DNA of 64,000 bases from Eukaryota sp. TZLM1-RC. Lineage: Eukaryota; Protista; Metamonada: BaSk clade. Both the position numbers and the translations under genes were made by a program. The stretch is from positions 2,108,001 to 2,172,000 of the forward strand of contig JAUPSS010000001.1 in assembly GCA_040285825.1 (NCBI GenBank), written 5' to 3'. The notes under the pieces were generated by a model. The model did no database searches and was not told the DNA's origin. It was given only the letters and a program-made list of their open reading frames with translations. Position 1 is the stretch's first letter. Every line of letters begins with the position of its first letter. Below, one piece after another: positions 11,448-23,770 of this stretch.

Positions 11448-14400
11448 ATGCGATTTACAATCCCTCTGTTGTTGCTTGCTCTATGCTCGCTTGCTTACGG
11501 TACGCTACTCCATCGTCCCATTAATCGCAGCATCACGCTTCCACTATGAAATCAATGTTCCTGATATTCCTGAACCGCCTTCTAACATTGCTGATATTGT
11601 AGACTATGGCTTTGTCATCCCTGATATCAAATTTCTTGGCTCTCTTGGACGTGCTTTCGTTAACACCTTACGTTCTCTCCCTCGCTACACACTTCTCGAC
11701 CCTGATGCTCTCTCTCAAGGTCAGTACAAGTTTAAGTTCACCGCCATGGACTCCACTGTTCCACATCTTGATGACCAGGACGACCTCACCTCTTACATGC
11801 TCGGCCACACCATCCCTATGGTCCTCCCCGCTTTCCTTTTCGTTCTTTTCACCCTCATCCTGGTGTTCTGGCTCCTCTGGATCATCATTAAGCTCAGTTT
11901 TTGCTGTTGTGTATGTTGTTCCAAGAAGAAGGATAAGACTAAAGTATCCGCTCCAATGTGCTGCCGGGGAACGTTTATGGTGTTTCTATTCATCATTTTC
12001 CTCTCTGTTTTGCTCGCCTACAGTTCCAATATGATTATTCATGATGGTGTAATGACCTTTGGTGATGCTCCTTCTTCCTTTGACCCTGTAGTCGAGGTTG
12101 CTGCTGATGTGGCATTACGTGGCGTTGACGTGGCAGCTGATCTTTTGAAACACTTGTCTACCCTCAACAACACTATTTGGGAGTTGTTGCCATCTTCTGA
12201 TAGAGTGGTTACTTCCTTTTCTTGCTTTACCGAGAACTTGGTATTACTCCCCAATGCCACTGCTCTGCTCATTGAGATTAGAAAAATTGACGAAATGGTT
12301 GAGGCTCTCCCTGATGTTGATGTTTTAAATGGTGAAATTGATAAGATTTTCAGTGCCAAAGATGATTTACCCGATGATTTGACTAACTTCAAGACTAGTG
12401 TTGTAGCTATTGCTGATTCTATTGATTTAATTGATGGTAATTTTCTCCCTGAATTGGAAAATTTGGTGAATCAACTTGAAGGCTCACTTACAACTGCCCA
12501 TTCAAATATTGGTGATGTCATCAGCGAAGTTGAAAATACCGAGGCTCAATTATCCCCTGTTGACCTTGACGCCTTTTTGACCTCTATTAATGACCTTTCC
12601 GACACGTCATCCAACCTGCAATCAAGTTTTGATACCCTATTATCTGATGTTACCAACACTAATTCTTTAAAGTTTGTCAAGAAGTTTTCTGATGACGTTA
12701 ACAAAATTTTGGTAGAGCAGGAATTAATTGATGATTTGTCCCACTTTGTTGATGGTGAAGCTATCATTACAGAAGAACAAGGCAAGGGTTTACCAAATGA
12801 TCTAAATAATGCTGATTACGATTCAAAAAATGATTTGATCAGCAGAATTGAAGCTATTAATGCTGAAGTTTCTAACTGGAATGACGTTTCATCACGTACT
12901 GATGAGTTGGCAACTAGACTAGAATCCTTACCTGACTTTGATGGAATTGCTGATGAATTGACTAATGTTAATGCTAGTATCACTGAAGGTAAGTCTCAAA
13001 TTGAAGCTCTTTCTGACCATGTTGAGGCGTTGGAAACACTTCAAAGTGAATTTGATGTTACTGATTTGAAATCTCACTTGCAAACTCTTAAATCAACTTT
13101 ATCCACAATTAATTTGCAAGATCTCAAGTCTAAAATCTCAACTCTTGACACCTCCAAAGGTGGTTTACCGGACCTTGGACAATTGGAAGATGATATCCGC
13201 AGCTTTATTACTGCTATTAATAATTTACCAGATTTCGGTGAAGGTTCTGTTTTCCAGAATGAATTGTCCAAATTGACTGAAGCTTTTGAATTAATCCCTA
13301 ATCTCGACATTATCAAACACGAGGTGGTCAAAATCAACTCGACTTTTGACCTAGTTGCCTGTCTTGAAGACCCCTTGAACATGTTTACAGAGATTAATGA
13401 TACCATTATTGAACTACCTCCCCAAGCAAATGATATCTTAGACATGATAAACGAGGTAATTGATCTCGTTAATGACCTGGATCGAACTGAAATTGATCAG
13501 AATATTCAAAATATTTTGGAAACGGAAACCCCTGAAGTTCCCGATATTCAACCTCTATTAGATGATTTAAATTCTATTGCTGATTCAATTAATAGTGTTG
13601 AAAATTTGAATCTTGACCAATTGGCTGATGATGTTGCTGCAATTGATGGCGATCTGAATGATTTTATTGATTTGGCTGATGTTTTGGAAAAAATTGATGA
13701 AATGATTGCCAAAATTGACGATTTGCCTGAAATTTCTCCCCTTTTAGCCGATCTTGATTCAATTTCTCATGAGCTAGAAAACATTGACTTTTCAACCATC
13801 AAGAATGATATCAAATCACTTGAGGATTCACTTGATGAAGTTGATGATAGTCAAATTACCACTGCTATTACTGAATTGGGTACCTTGAAAGATCTTGATT
13901 TACCTGATTTTGATGGTGATTTCAATGACGAAATTCAATTATTAATTGGTCACAAGGACGCTTTCACAACAGGATATAATCAATGTCACTCCGATTTAAC
14001 TGGTTGCGACGAGACTACTTGTAATGTTGATTGTTCTGGTTTAGCTTCATTTGTCGACACTTTCGATGCTGACGTCAGTGCTGTCGAGGAGGCACGTGAC
14101 AACTGCGACAGCCTTTCCAAGTCAATTGAAGATTTGGGAATTGATCAAGTATTAGAAGATTTAGAAGATGTTTCTGGTAAATTGGACATTGACTTTTCCG
14201 CCCAAATTACTCAACTCGATAATGCTAAAGATTCTCTTGATAATGTTGATTTTGTTGAAATCAAAAGTGATTTAACCAATGCTCAGCAAGCTATTAATGA
14301 TCGTCCCAATATGGGTGACTTGGAACAAGATATTAATGATTTATCCACCAAAGTAAATGATCTTCCTGATTTGAACTCTTTTTCCAATGATGTTGATGAA

Positions 14401-15603
14401 TTTGTGGATGCTATTGATGACTTGAACCAACAAGATATGAAGGATGATATTCAAGAAATTGAAGAAATTCCAGAGAAATTACCTGATGTGGATGATATTA
14501 TCTCTCCACTAGAGTCGGTAGAAGAAATCCAAAGCTTTTTCCCCGAAGATTTGGATGATTTTATTGAACAAGGTCATGATTTCATTGATGAATACTACGT
14601 TAATGGAGGCCAACTCGTAGATGAATATTTCGATATGGGAAGGGAGTATCTTGATGATGGAAAAGAATTGGTACATAATGCAACCACTGCTTGGGAGGAC
14701 TTTAAAAATGATGAAAATTTAAACCTATGGACCGAGACAGTGCGTCAGGGTGATTATTTAAGAGCAATTGGGTTCATTTCTCCTTTCTTATTTGTCATTA
14801 TTGCGGTTATCTTTGGTGTCTGTGCTATCACGTGTTGTCAGAATAAGTGCTGCTTGTGTTGTTTCAACATTTTCATTATACTCTCTGGAGTAATTCTCTC
14901 TCTTTTGGCTGTCCTTTTCCTTCCTGTTTCCGTAGTTCTTGCAGATGGTTGCGCTATCTATGAATCTGGTCAGTTGGCCGAATACGTACCACGAATTAAT
15001 GAAGAAATTGCTGTTTTTCAAAACCAAACAGTTGTTGTTAATTCCACAGAACTTGTCAATTATTATTTTTCGACTTGTGAAGAAGATTCTAAACCTGTCG
15101 ATATTGGCGTTTACGATTTGGTAGATTACTCAATCCAAACGTTTTACCACGACAATCTTGACCAGGAATTCGATCTGGATGGATTCACGCTCTCAATCAA
15201 CACTTTCAGAGACGGTCCTAGAGCTGATATTGACACTATTAGTGATTGGGTAGACTCTGATGTCCGTGAATATGCTAATGATGTTTACGATACTATTTTC
15301 TCATGTTCTACTCTATCTCCGGTAACGCAGCTGTTCACCAAACCTCTCTGCGAAGATTTTGTAACTGGGTTTTCTCTGTATGGATTTAGTTGTCTTTTGA
15401 TTGCGTTAATGGCTTTTATGTCGCTTTTCTGCAGTTGCTGCTGTGCCAAACCAAAGTGGAAGAAGCCCAAACAGTACAAGAAGAATTCCAAAGAGCAGGA
15501 AGAGGAAATGGTACCAATGATGTTCCAACCATCCATTAGCGGTGTTGCTTTTCAGTTTAATTCGTTAAAAACTGATGAGAAGCAAAATCTTTTACCCCAA
15601 TAA
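11448..15603 (+). CDS. Prominin/Tweety-like five-TM protein with greatly expanded acidic helical ectodomain
   Basis: ATG 11448 with 31-nt intron 11500-11530 gives signal peptide MRFTIPLLLLALCSLAYA; TM1-Cys cluster-TM2, ~900-aa loop, TM3-Cys-TM4, Cys-containing loop, TM5. Confidence 0.75.
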
Positions 15604-15906
15604 TATGTAGATATGTTTTTCCTTTTTTGTTAATAAATCGTTTTTGTGTTTGTTTTTTGAATAAAGCAATAAATAGCCATAACACTACAAATTAATTTCT
15701 TATAAATTAAGAAAAAAATAAAAAGCCATCTATGAAGTGAAACCCTTCAGAAAGCTCACATCAATCAAATATACTTTTATTGACAGCAATTAACAACAAA
15801 ACATTCATTGAACCAAGTCTTCATATACACGATCCCGACCTGCTTGTTTTCTCCACAAATATCACAAAGGACATTGATGTTTCAAGATATTTCGTTTTTG
15901 TCAAAA

Positions 15907-16509
15907 TCACTTTTCTGATAAACTAAAATCATGTTGAAGATCAGCAGGATTGGAATACATGGACAGTTGAAGCAGATCAACAGCTGCATTGGTCACAAGA
16001 CATACAGCCAAGCTCTTTTTCTTCTCTTCAGCTAATGATGACAGCATGTTGATGGTATCGAGATCATCCATGGGCGTTGAACCATCACGGCAGAAGAACA
16101 GGTACTCCTTTGTAACAAAAACAATGTTGGAAGATGGACAAGGCTCACCAACTAAGGGAGAAAGTCCCATTTTGTAAAGGTGGAGATAAGCCGTTACGTA
16201 CATAAATGACTCGTGTAAAGAAGCAAGATTGTAGTTACATCGCACAACATCTAGCACGATTTCCCAAACCTGACGCTTGTTGTACTCATCAACACAAGTG
16301 TCATTAGGGTAATGTTTAACAAGTGTCAGACTAGACCGTTCAGTGAGGCATCTAATGTGAACGTTTTAAACCAAAACCTACATAACGGTGAAAGGATTGA
16401 GTGTTGGCTTCTTATCAAAGGGACGCCCAAAGATAGCTCCTGGAAGCTTCCCATTCTGGCGAAGAAGTACAAAAAGATTATCATTTGGTTCATATAAGGC
16501 CAAACTCAT
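15907..16509 (-). CDS. tRNA-splicing endonuclease subunit Sen54-like
   Basis: Removing the 30-nt intron 16352-16381 gives ...LRQNGKL..IFG...LNPFTVICLTERSSLTL...YVTAYLHLYKMGL, resembling the Sen54 N-terminal motifs. Confidence 0.55.
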
Positions 16510-16593
16510 TGTTGTTGTTGGTATTGAGATCTATACTTGCTATAAGTCTGTATAGTGCGAAGAGGTGTTACAATTTGCAAACCAACCCAAAAA

Positions 16594-16792
16594 TAGAGTG
16601 GGGCAAAACCTGACTCGAAAAATCGAGTTCACACAAAAGTGAGTTGCTACCTGACTAAAACTCACTCGAAATTGAGTTGGAGTTCGAGTATTTTTGGTCT
16701 TGAGTAAACATTTGGCGTTTGCTAATTCATTCTTGCTCTACAAAAATGTTGAAGTTCGAGTTTGAATTTGAGTCAAGTTTTGCCCATCTCTA
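16594..16792. mobile_element. hAT-type MITE (199 bp)
   Basis: Imperfect TIRs TAGAGTGGGGCAAAACCTGACTC / TAGAGATGGGCAAAACTTGACTC (reverse complement of the right end); 8-bp TSD CCCAAAAA/CCCAAAAG; internal (A)CTCGA/GAGTT subterminal motifs. Confidence 0.8.
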
Positions 16793-16942
16793 CCCAAAAG
16801 AATGAAGATTTCACATTTTGAGTTTTCCTTATAAACAATTGTTATCAAAACATGGTCAAATATGAAAACTCCTATGGGTTTTTAACAAACCCAATTTACC
16901 TGAAAAAAAGAAAGGGCTTTACCCTCTCAATTAGTCGTGCTG

Positions 16943-17006
16943 TTTTGCACGCTCTATCTGTTCTCATCATTGCTTTTTGCACGCTCTATCTGTTCTCATC
17001 ATTGCT
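16943..17006. repeat. Tandem duplication of ~32 bp
   Basis: TTTTGCACGCTCTATCTGTTCTCATCATTGCT occurs twice. Confidence 0.9.
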
Positions 17007-17407
17007 GACTCATCAAATACTGTAATTTTTCATATACAAGCCGGGACCAAATACAAGTCCTGAAATTCTACGGCTTGTAATTGAAGCAACTATCCCCAAA
17101 TACAAGACACCTGAATTTATTATTGAACCAATAAAAACAACGTTTTCCAATATCATGTTCACTACATCCAACTTCGAAGTTTTTATTAAGACATGTTTTT
17201 CTAAGTGTGGCCCACGATTAACACTACATTCCCTCTTTGTTAATCCAAATGCCATTGTTTCCTATTGCGGTCACGACGATCTCAAAGCTATCTTAAAAGG
17301 AATGAAGGCATTCGATGAAAATAAACCTCAACTTGCTTTACGACTGTTTGGTGCATTAGTTAGTGTTGGCTATCTCTCAAGTACAGACACTGCAACAAAG
17401 CGCCGAA

Positions 17408-18390
17408 ATGGCACCTATAGCCACATCAAGAAAAAAAATCACTGTCAAAGACAAGATTTCTTATGTTGAAGATTTCAACAACAATAATAAGTACTTTAAG
17501 GAGTTTACCAAGGCAAAAAGAATTGATGAAAGATCCTTAAGAAGGTGGATGGAAGAGTAACAATTGCTTCTGTCATACAACTAACCCCTGCAGAAAAACT
17601 GGCGCTGGAACACCTCTAGATGAAGACTTAGATCAGTTAGTTTTGGAATAGGTTAAACAACAACGTTGGTTGCTACGCTCTGTTTCTATAAACAAACTGT
17701 GTAGGGTAGCTCCTTCTTTGGCATCTATTGATTCACCGTTGCCATTCAGTAAAAACTGGGCCAAACGATTTTTCAATTGTCATGGATATACAACCCGTAA
17801 ATTTCAAACAAACAAGGGGCTTCGTTTGATGATGAAACAAAACAGTATTACTGTTTTAACCAACTTGACATTGCCAAAGATCAATGTCAACTTCATGAGA
17901 TATCTAAATTTTGACGAGACGGCTGTTTTTTTTGACCCTTTTGAGAAAACAACCATGGATTTCAAAGGTTCAAAAGTTGTGCAACTTCAAAAATTCAACA
18001 TCGAGAAGTTCAGGATGACAGGTTTTTGTGTTGCTAATGCTACAGGATATGAACGTTCCACAATTAATATTGTAAAATGAGATGTAAAACGTGTTTTTCT
18101 TTCTGATAATGAATTAAACATTGTTGCTGAATCAAAATCCTCGTGGATGACAAGTGGTTTGTTTATTGAATTGCTTGAGTTTTTATTTTTTCGCATAATG
18201 AGGCAAAAGGTTCTCATATTTGATGCAGCTCCTTGTCATAAATCAGAACAAATGCTAAGATATCTTGACACTGGAAACAATTTTGTTAAGCGGGTTGGGA
18301 TTCCAGGCCACTTAACAGTATGGTTACAACCTGCTGATGTTTGTTAGTTCAGAGTTGTGAAATCGAAACTGAGGAACAGACCCAAATGAA
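17408..18390 (+). mobile_element. pogo/Tigger-like DDE_1 transposase pseudogene
   Basis: HTH (IDERSLRRW), CENP-B HTH (FSKNWAKRF), NFDET, WMT, LIFDAAPCH, IPGHLT.WLQPADV; stops and frameshifts. Confidence 0.85.
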
Positions 18391-18394
18391 ACAT

Positions 18395-19480
18395 TTATTA
18401 AAGTTGCACACTTAACAAAATAAACTCATATCTAATGGGACGAAAATCATTGAACCAAGATTTCCTTTTCCAAATCTTGATCTGCTTGATGTCTAGCTAA
18501 AGCTTCTCTTATTCGATTGAAAAACCTAGACAATCTATTAATAATAGTAAATTTAATTCGAGAGCACCATAAAAATATATCAAATGTTTTCATTGTTTTT
18601 TCTTGAACCATTTTTTGAAAATCATTCAAAAATTTCCTGCTTCTACTAATAGTCTTCCGTTTATAGAAAATGGGAAAGAATTAAAAACAAGTGGTCTATT
18701 TCTATCATCATTAGCTTCTTCGATATCTTTGTCATATTTTCTATGTTTTGTTGAGCTTTAAATTCAAGAGCACTCACATTTTTTCTATTATTAATTTTAT
18801 TAAAAACCTATAAATCAACATCTAACTAATCCATTTCTCCCAAAACAAAATCACTAAATGCAACTCTCTCATAGTGAGATCCAAGAGAAAGCAAAGCATC
18901 AGAAAATATCTTCAACATCCCCTTAAAACTAGAAAACACAATTCTATTTTGCCAAAACAATCTGTCATTCACAGGATTAAGTTTTTTCTTTGAACCAAGT
19001 GTCTTTTGCAACATTACATGAGACAAAGTCAACAACAGCTTAATAGTTCTCAATCCAAGCACAGTATACATCACCTCTGTCATCAGAACCAAGATTATTC
19101 AATGACAGTTTTTCCTTCAGCAGAAGCTCTTTGATACATGAGATTCTTGCAGTTCGTGCCATATTGAAAACAGTGTCTCTAACAGCATGATGTAATGAAG
19201 AACGATCAGTTATCAATTTCGAACAATTCAGAGCATGGCGCAAAGTGAGCTGTGGTGAATTCGAACAAATACATTTTTGTTTTAATAATAATTGATTAAT
19301 GGGGATATCCAAATACAATTCCGGAAATTCTGTAACTTGAATTTGCATTTTGCTGACTTGTATGTGGGTGCTTACAGTAGACGTTTTGAAGGCACTCCAA
19401 TTCAAAAGCATCTGCTCTTGAGTTGGATTAAGCTTTGAGGTATCAACATTGGAGAAATGAAGCTCATTTGGTTCTGACAA
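18395..19480 (-). mobile_element. CRE/R2-like RLE retroposon 3' fragment (family A) with nested insertion
   Basis: CIC...HALNC, SLHHAVRD, RGDV, KHRKYD, FPFSINGRL, then the shared 3' UTR CGTCCCATTAG...AAGTGTGCA...AATAAA. Confidence 0.8.
18779..18968 (-). mobile_element. 5'-truncated RLE retroposon (family B) nested in family A
   Basis: Encodes FWQNRIVFSSFKG; ends AATAAA...A6 tail; flanked by 5-bp TSD TCACA at 18774-18778 and 18969-18973. Confidence 0.75.
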
Positions 19481-20925
19481 GTGATATACAAAACTATAAT
19501 GCTATCATCCTAAATAATCATTAATATTAATTTTATAGTCATTGACTTAAATTTTCTTGATGTCAATTTTCACAATTTGTCCCCTTTTGTGTGTCCTTTG
19601 TTTTTATTATCGGTATTGTTTCAGGAGGAAATTATTGTGAGGGCATTTTGTCCCAATCATTACAAGATTAAGTTATCAGAAATCATGTTAGACAGATTTT
19701 TAGTTCAATAAAAATACAATTTACAATAAAAAGAAATCATGTTGAGTAACTTTGAAACATAGAAAATTAATTAAAAGAAATAAAAAAAAGAAATTAATTA
19801 AACTGCTTAATTCCGACACCTTATTGACAAGAGAATGGACAGGATCAGAACCAGATAGCATTAGATGATTCCCATTATCATTTACTTCAAACAAATTAAA
19901 CTTGCAACTATATAAAGTATCCAAAAAAAATTGATAATGGTCAACTGGGTCAGAAAAGTTGCCATCGGCCAAAACTCTGTTTGATCTTCTGCTGTTTCCC
20001 ACTTCAAACGGTATATCTAAGATAACGAAATGGGTAAAGAGTGGAGCTAACAGTGGATGATGCAGTAGGAATCATGTATTGTAAAAACTCCGTAATGTGA
20101 CTTTAGAGTAGGAAATAAGGTGATTAAAAGAAGCATAAGCACCACATCTCCTCTTTATATTGGTACATTTTTCATTCCAGTTCTTCATAGTCAGGGCAAA
20201 CAATTATAAGAGCTTGACAGTAGGCACAAATTTTCCGATGGGAATTTATAAACAAATCATTTTTAATTATTATAATAACGAAGAGTCCTTGAAAATACCT
20301 ACATTATCAATTATTTATATTGAGCTCATAATTATTTCGAATGAAGGACACACATTCGCTGAAAGCAACGAAAGAGTGCGGGACCGGTAACACCTAGCTT
20401 TATTGAGAGACAGCTAAGTAACACATGTAAGAATTTGTTATATTTTAAACAACGGTTTAACAATGTCTCTCAAAATAAACGAAAAAAAAAGCAACAGCCA
20501 GTGTAAGCATAGTATGACTAGGTGTAGCTTTCATAATTTAGACAACAATAAATAATGTTGACCCTTCCTATCCCCACAAACTCATCGTTTGTAGAACTCT
20601 GACTTCTGCAAAATCATTCTCATTCAATGAATCCCTATATGAATCCCTCATATTTTGAGAAGAATTTTCTAAAGTAACGGGTGAAGTCAATACCGCACTC
20701 AGATCGCACCCCATATTGAAGATTGCTTACAAAATTTGAGATATTAAGAACACTGAATACGTAGATACATACACCTTGCTATTGAGGTATTAACTCATCA
20801 GTATTAAACAACATAAACGAATCGATCCTATTGTGAATCAAAAACAAGTGATTTTTCATTTTTGTTCTGTCCCTTGTTTTGTAACTCAAACTGCAACTCC
20901 ACTACAATTGTAAACTACATCATCC

Positions 20926-22049
20926 ATGATCGATTTTCTGGACTTCAAAACTACAACAGACTTATGCTCATATCTCTCTTCTACAGAATACGATTCACTT
21001 AGTTTTGCTGTTGATATCGGAGGAACCAATCTTCGAACAGCTTTTGGTTGTCACAAAGATACCACATTCAAGGTTTTACTCCTTCCTTCACATCGTACTT
21101 CTGATGCAAATACTGTGCTCGATATCATAAAAGGTCTTGCATTTGAACTTTCCCAATGTTCATCCAATTTCACAATTTGCAAAACTGTAGTTTCTGTTGC
21201 TGGTCCAATCGATCCCTCCTCTGATACTCTGTTTCTCACTAATTTCACTGGATCAAAGGAACTCCACATTCCGTCACTGCCGTCACTACTATTTCCTCAA
21301 GACCGATCCTACTTCCTGAACGATCTTACAGCTGCGTGCAATGGTATTCTAACCCTCAATTCTGCAGGTTCTATGAACTCTTACTTTAAACCTCTATGGC
21401 CCAAAGACCTCACATGTGATCTTTCTCCCTTGAACTATCTGGTAGTTATGGCTGGTACTGGGTTTGTTTGCTTTGCTCTAGCTCTAACTGTAGCTTTGGT
21501 GTAGGTATCTTGATTCACCACAACAATGAATTCTTAGTGCTCCCTTCTGAATACGGCCACTCTACACTTGCTCTGACGGGCCCAGCTTATGATCTAATGG
21601 CAAGTAAGGAACAGGCCTTTGCTGCTTTTCTCTCCTCTCAGCTGTATGATTGTAAGCACTTTCCTGAATTCGAAGATGCTGTTTCTGGAAGGGGACTAGA
21701 AGCTGCTTATAGGTTCCTCAGTAGTGGAGAAGTACTCACTGCTGGTCAGGTTTCAAAGCGTGCGATTGAGGGCGAACAGACTGCTATTGATGCTACTAGG
21801 TTGTTTTATCGGCTGTTATTTAGACTCGTACAGCAACTGGCCATTGGGATTGGTTGTAAAGGGGTACTGTTATGTGGGGATAATCAGGTCGCAAATGACC
21901 CTATTGTGAGTGGAGAGGAATTTTTGGAGGAGTTGAGGAAAGTGTTTGAGAACCATCCAAAGCAACATTGGTTGAAGAATGTTCGTGTTTGCAGGCAAGT
22001 TGAGAAGATCAATTTAAATTTGGTTGGTGCTTTGGGATATGAACAGTAA
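20926..22049 (+). CDS. glk: Glucokinase, bacterial Glk-type
   Basis: VDIGGTN, VAGP, LTN, LNDL, GTG/FG (joined by 32-nt intron 21462-21493), PSEYGH, SGRGL. Confidence 0.9.
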
Positions 22050-23474
22050 TTAAGAGAAAGAATAGTAGTAATAAATCAATTTAATTTTGGTTGATTCTTT
22101 TTTGAACCATTGATTTGTTTTGATGTCAATGAGTTTTAAAATTTTGTGCACGTTTATTTGCTGATATTCACATCACTCTTTGACCAGTTTAAACAGTTGA
22201 GCACCTTACCGAGTCAGACTTTTTCAGACTTTCTAGTTGTGTCTGAGGATTGGCAACCGTCAACTTGTATGAATTTTCAGTGAAAATTAAATCGAAGCAT
22301 AATTGTATAATTTAATACTAAATAAATAATACTTAGTCATTCGAAAAAGCACTCCATATAATTTCTTCTATTCACGTACTCAACTTGTAAATCACCAACC
22401 AAGAGTGGACCATTGTTTGGTTAGTTCATTTTCACATCTTATTCTTTTTTCAATTTGTTTAATGAAACTAAAGAGGATACAAACACATCATCTTTAAGTA
22501 TAAAAGCGCTTTATCCTAGAAAATACAACCAGTTCAGAGAACTTGTTTTCACATTTTCTATGCTTGTGTTTTCGAGCCTGCATTATTAAAAAAGATCTAT
22601 TGTCTTCAAAAAGTGAACATATTAAGGACAAAATATCATGCACCAAATACAAACAGTAATGCGAACAAAGTAAAACAGAGATTCCTAGATTTCTGTTTAT
22701 TGAACTACTACTGAAACAATCTATTCATCAATAGCTTCTACATGAAATTCAGCTATTTCGTTGACCACAGCCACGTCTTCAGCAAGAACGCTCTCACAAA
22801 TAAAGAAATTAATTAAATAAATCAAATGAATAATATATAGTTATGAATTACAATCAATACATCATGGGGCTACTATTACGAAGTGAAGCTTATTCGTAGA
22901 AGCCTCTTTCAAAACAGCTCCGTTATTACGAGGAGACCAATAATCCGAGGAGGGGCTGAAATTTCATGTCTTACTTTAGTACACCATGGAAATGTATTAA
23001 ACAGTAAATGGAAACTAATAAACTACTTAACTTTTGTGCTTTACCTAAATTGCTTTTTAAACTGTTTTGTACCGATGTAGATTCAATGAGAAGGAACAGT
23101 GTATGAGAAAAATAGTCGACAGAGACATGTTCGAATGATTGCGGTCCCATTGTTGTAGACACAATACACAATATTTGAAGTGTTGTGGGCACAGTGAAAA
23201 ATACGTTGCAAATCAATTGATGAAATTGACTGTAGACCTTGATTGAGCAATAAATGTGACCCAATTGGTCATAGTGTATCTCAATTTAATTTTCAAACAA
23301 TTATTCGAAAAACAGTAACCTTTCATGAAACGGGATAAAATTAGCAACAGTCTTCAATCGGAAATTCAAAACTGCAATTAATTTTGCAAACAACAAAATA
23401 TTGAATTGAGTTGTTGTAAAACCATTAAAGAAAAACTTTCTCCAATTGATATTGCAATCAATAAATTTGGTTTA

Positions 23475-23530
23475 ATGATAGTCGTCCCATTAGTTATGAT
23501 TTAATTTAATCAAGTGTGCAAATTCAATAA
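23475..23530 (+). mobile_element. Family A retroposon 3' tail only
   Basis: GTCCCATTAGTTATGA...AAGTGTGCA...AATAAA motif shared with five other copies in the window. Confidence 0.7.
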
Positions 23531-23770
23531 ATTAACAAATATTAAAAATCAATAAATTACAATTGTTGAATTGCCAATTAATTATTGAGAAGCACTCTAT
23601 GGTTTTCAAGTAGAAATCACACTAGTGGAGTTCATGTCCAATGAAATTTATCGTACAGCAATCCAGATACGTAAATGATGACCTGTTATCACGTGATACT
23701 GTAAATAACTGGTGGTAAACTGTAAACCACACAGTGAGCAAATTTTTCATTCTCTAATTTCACTGTTACA

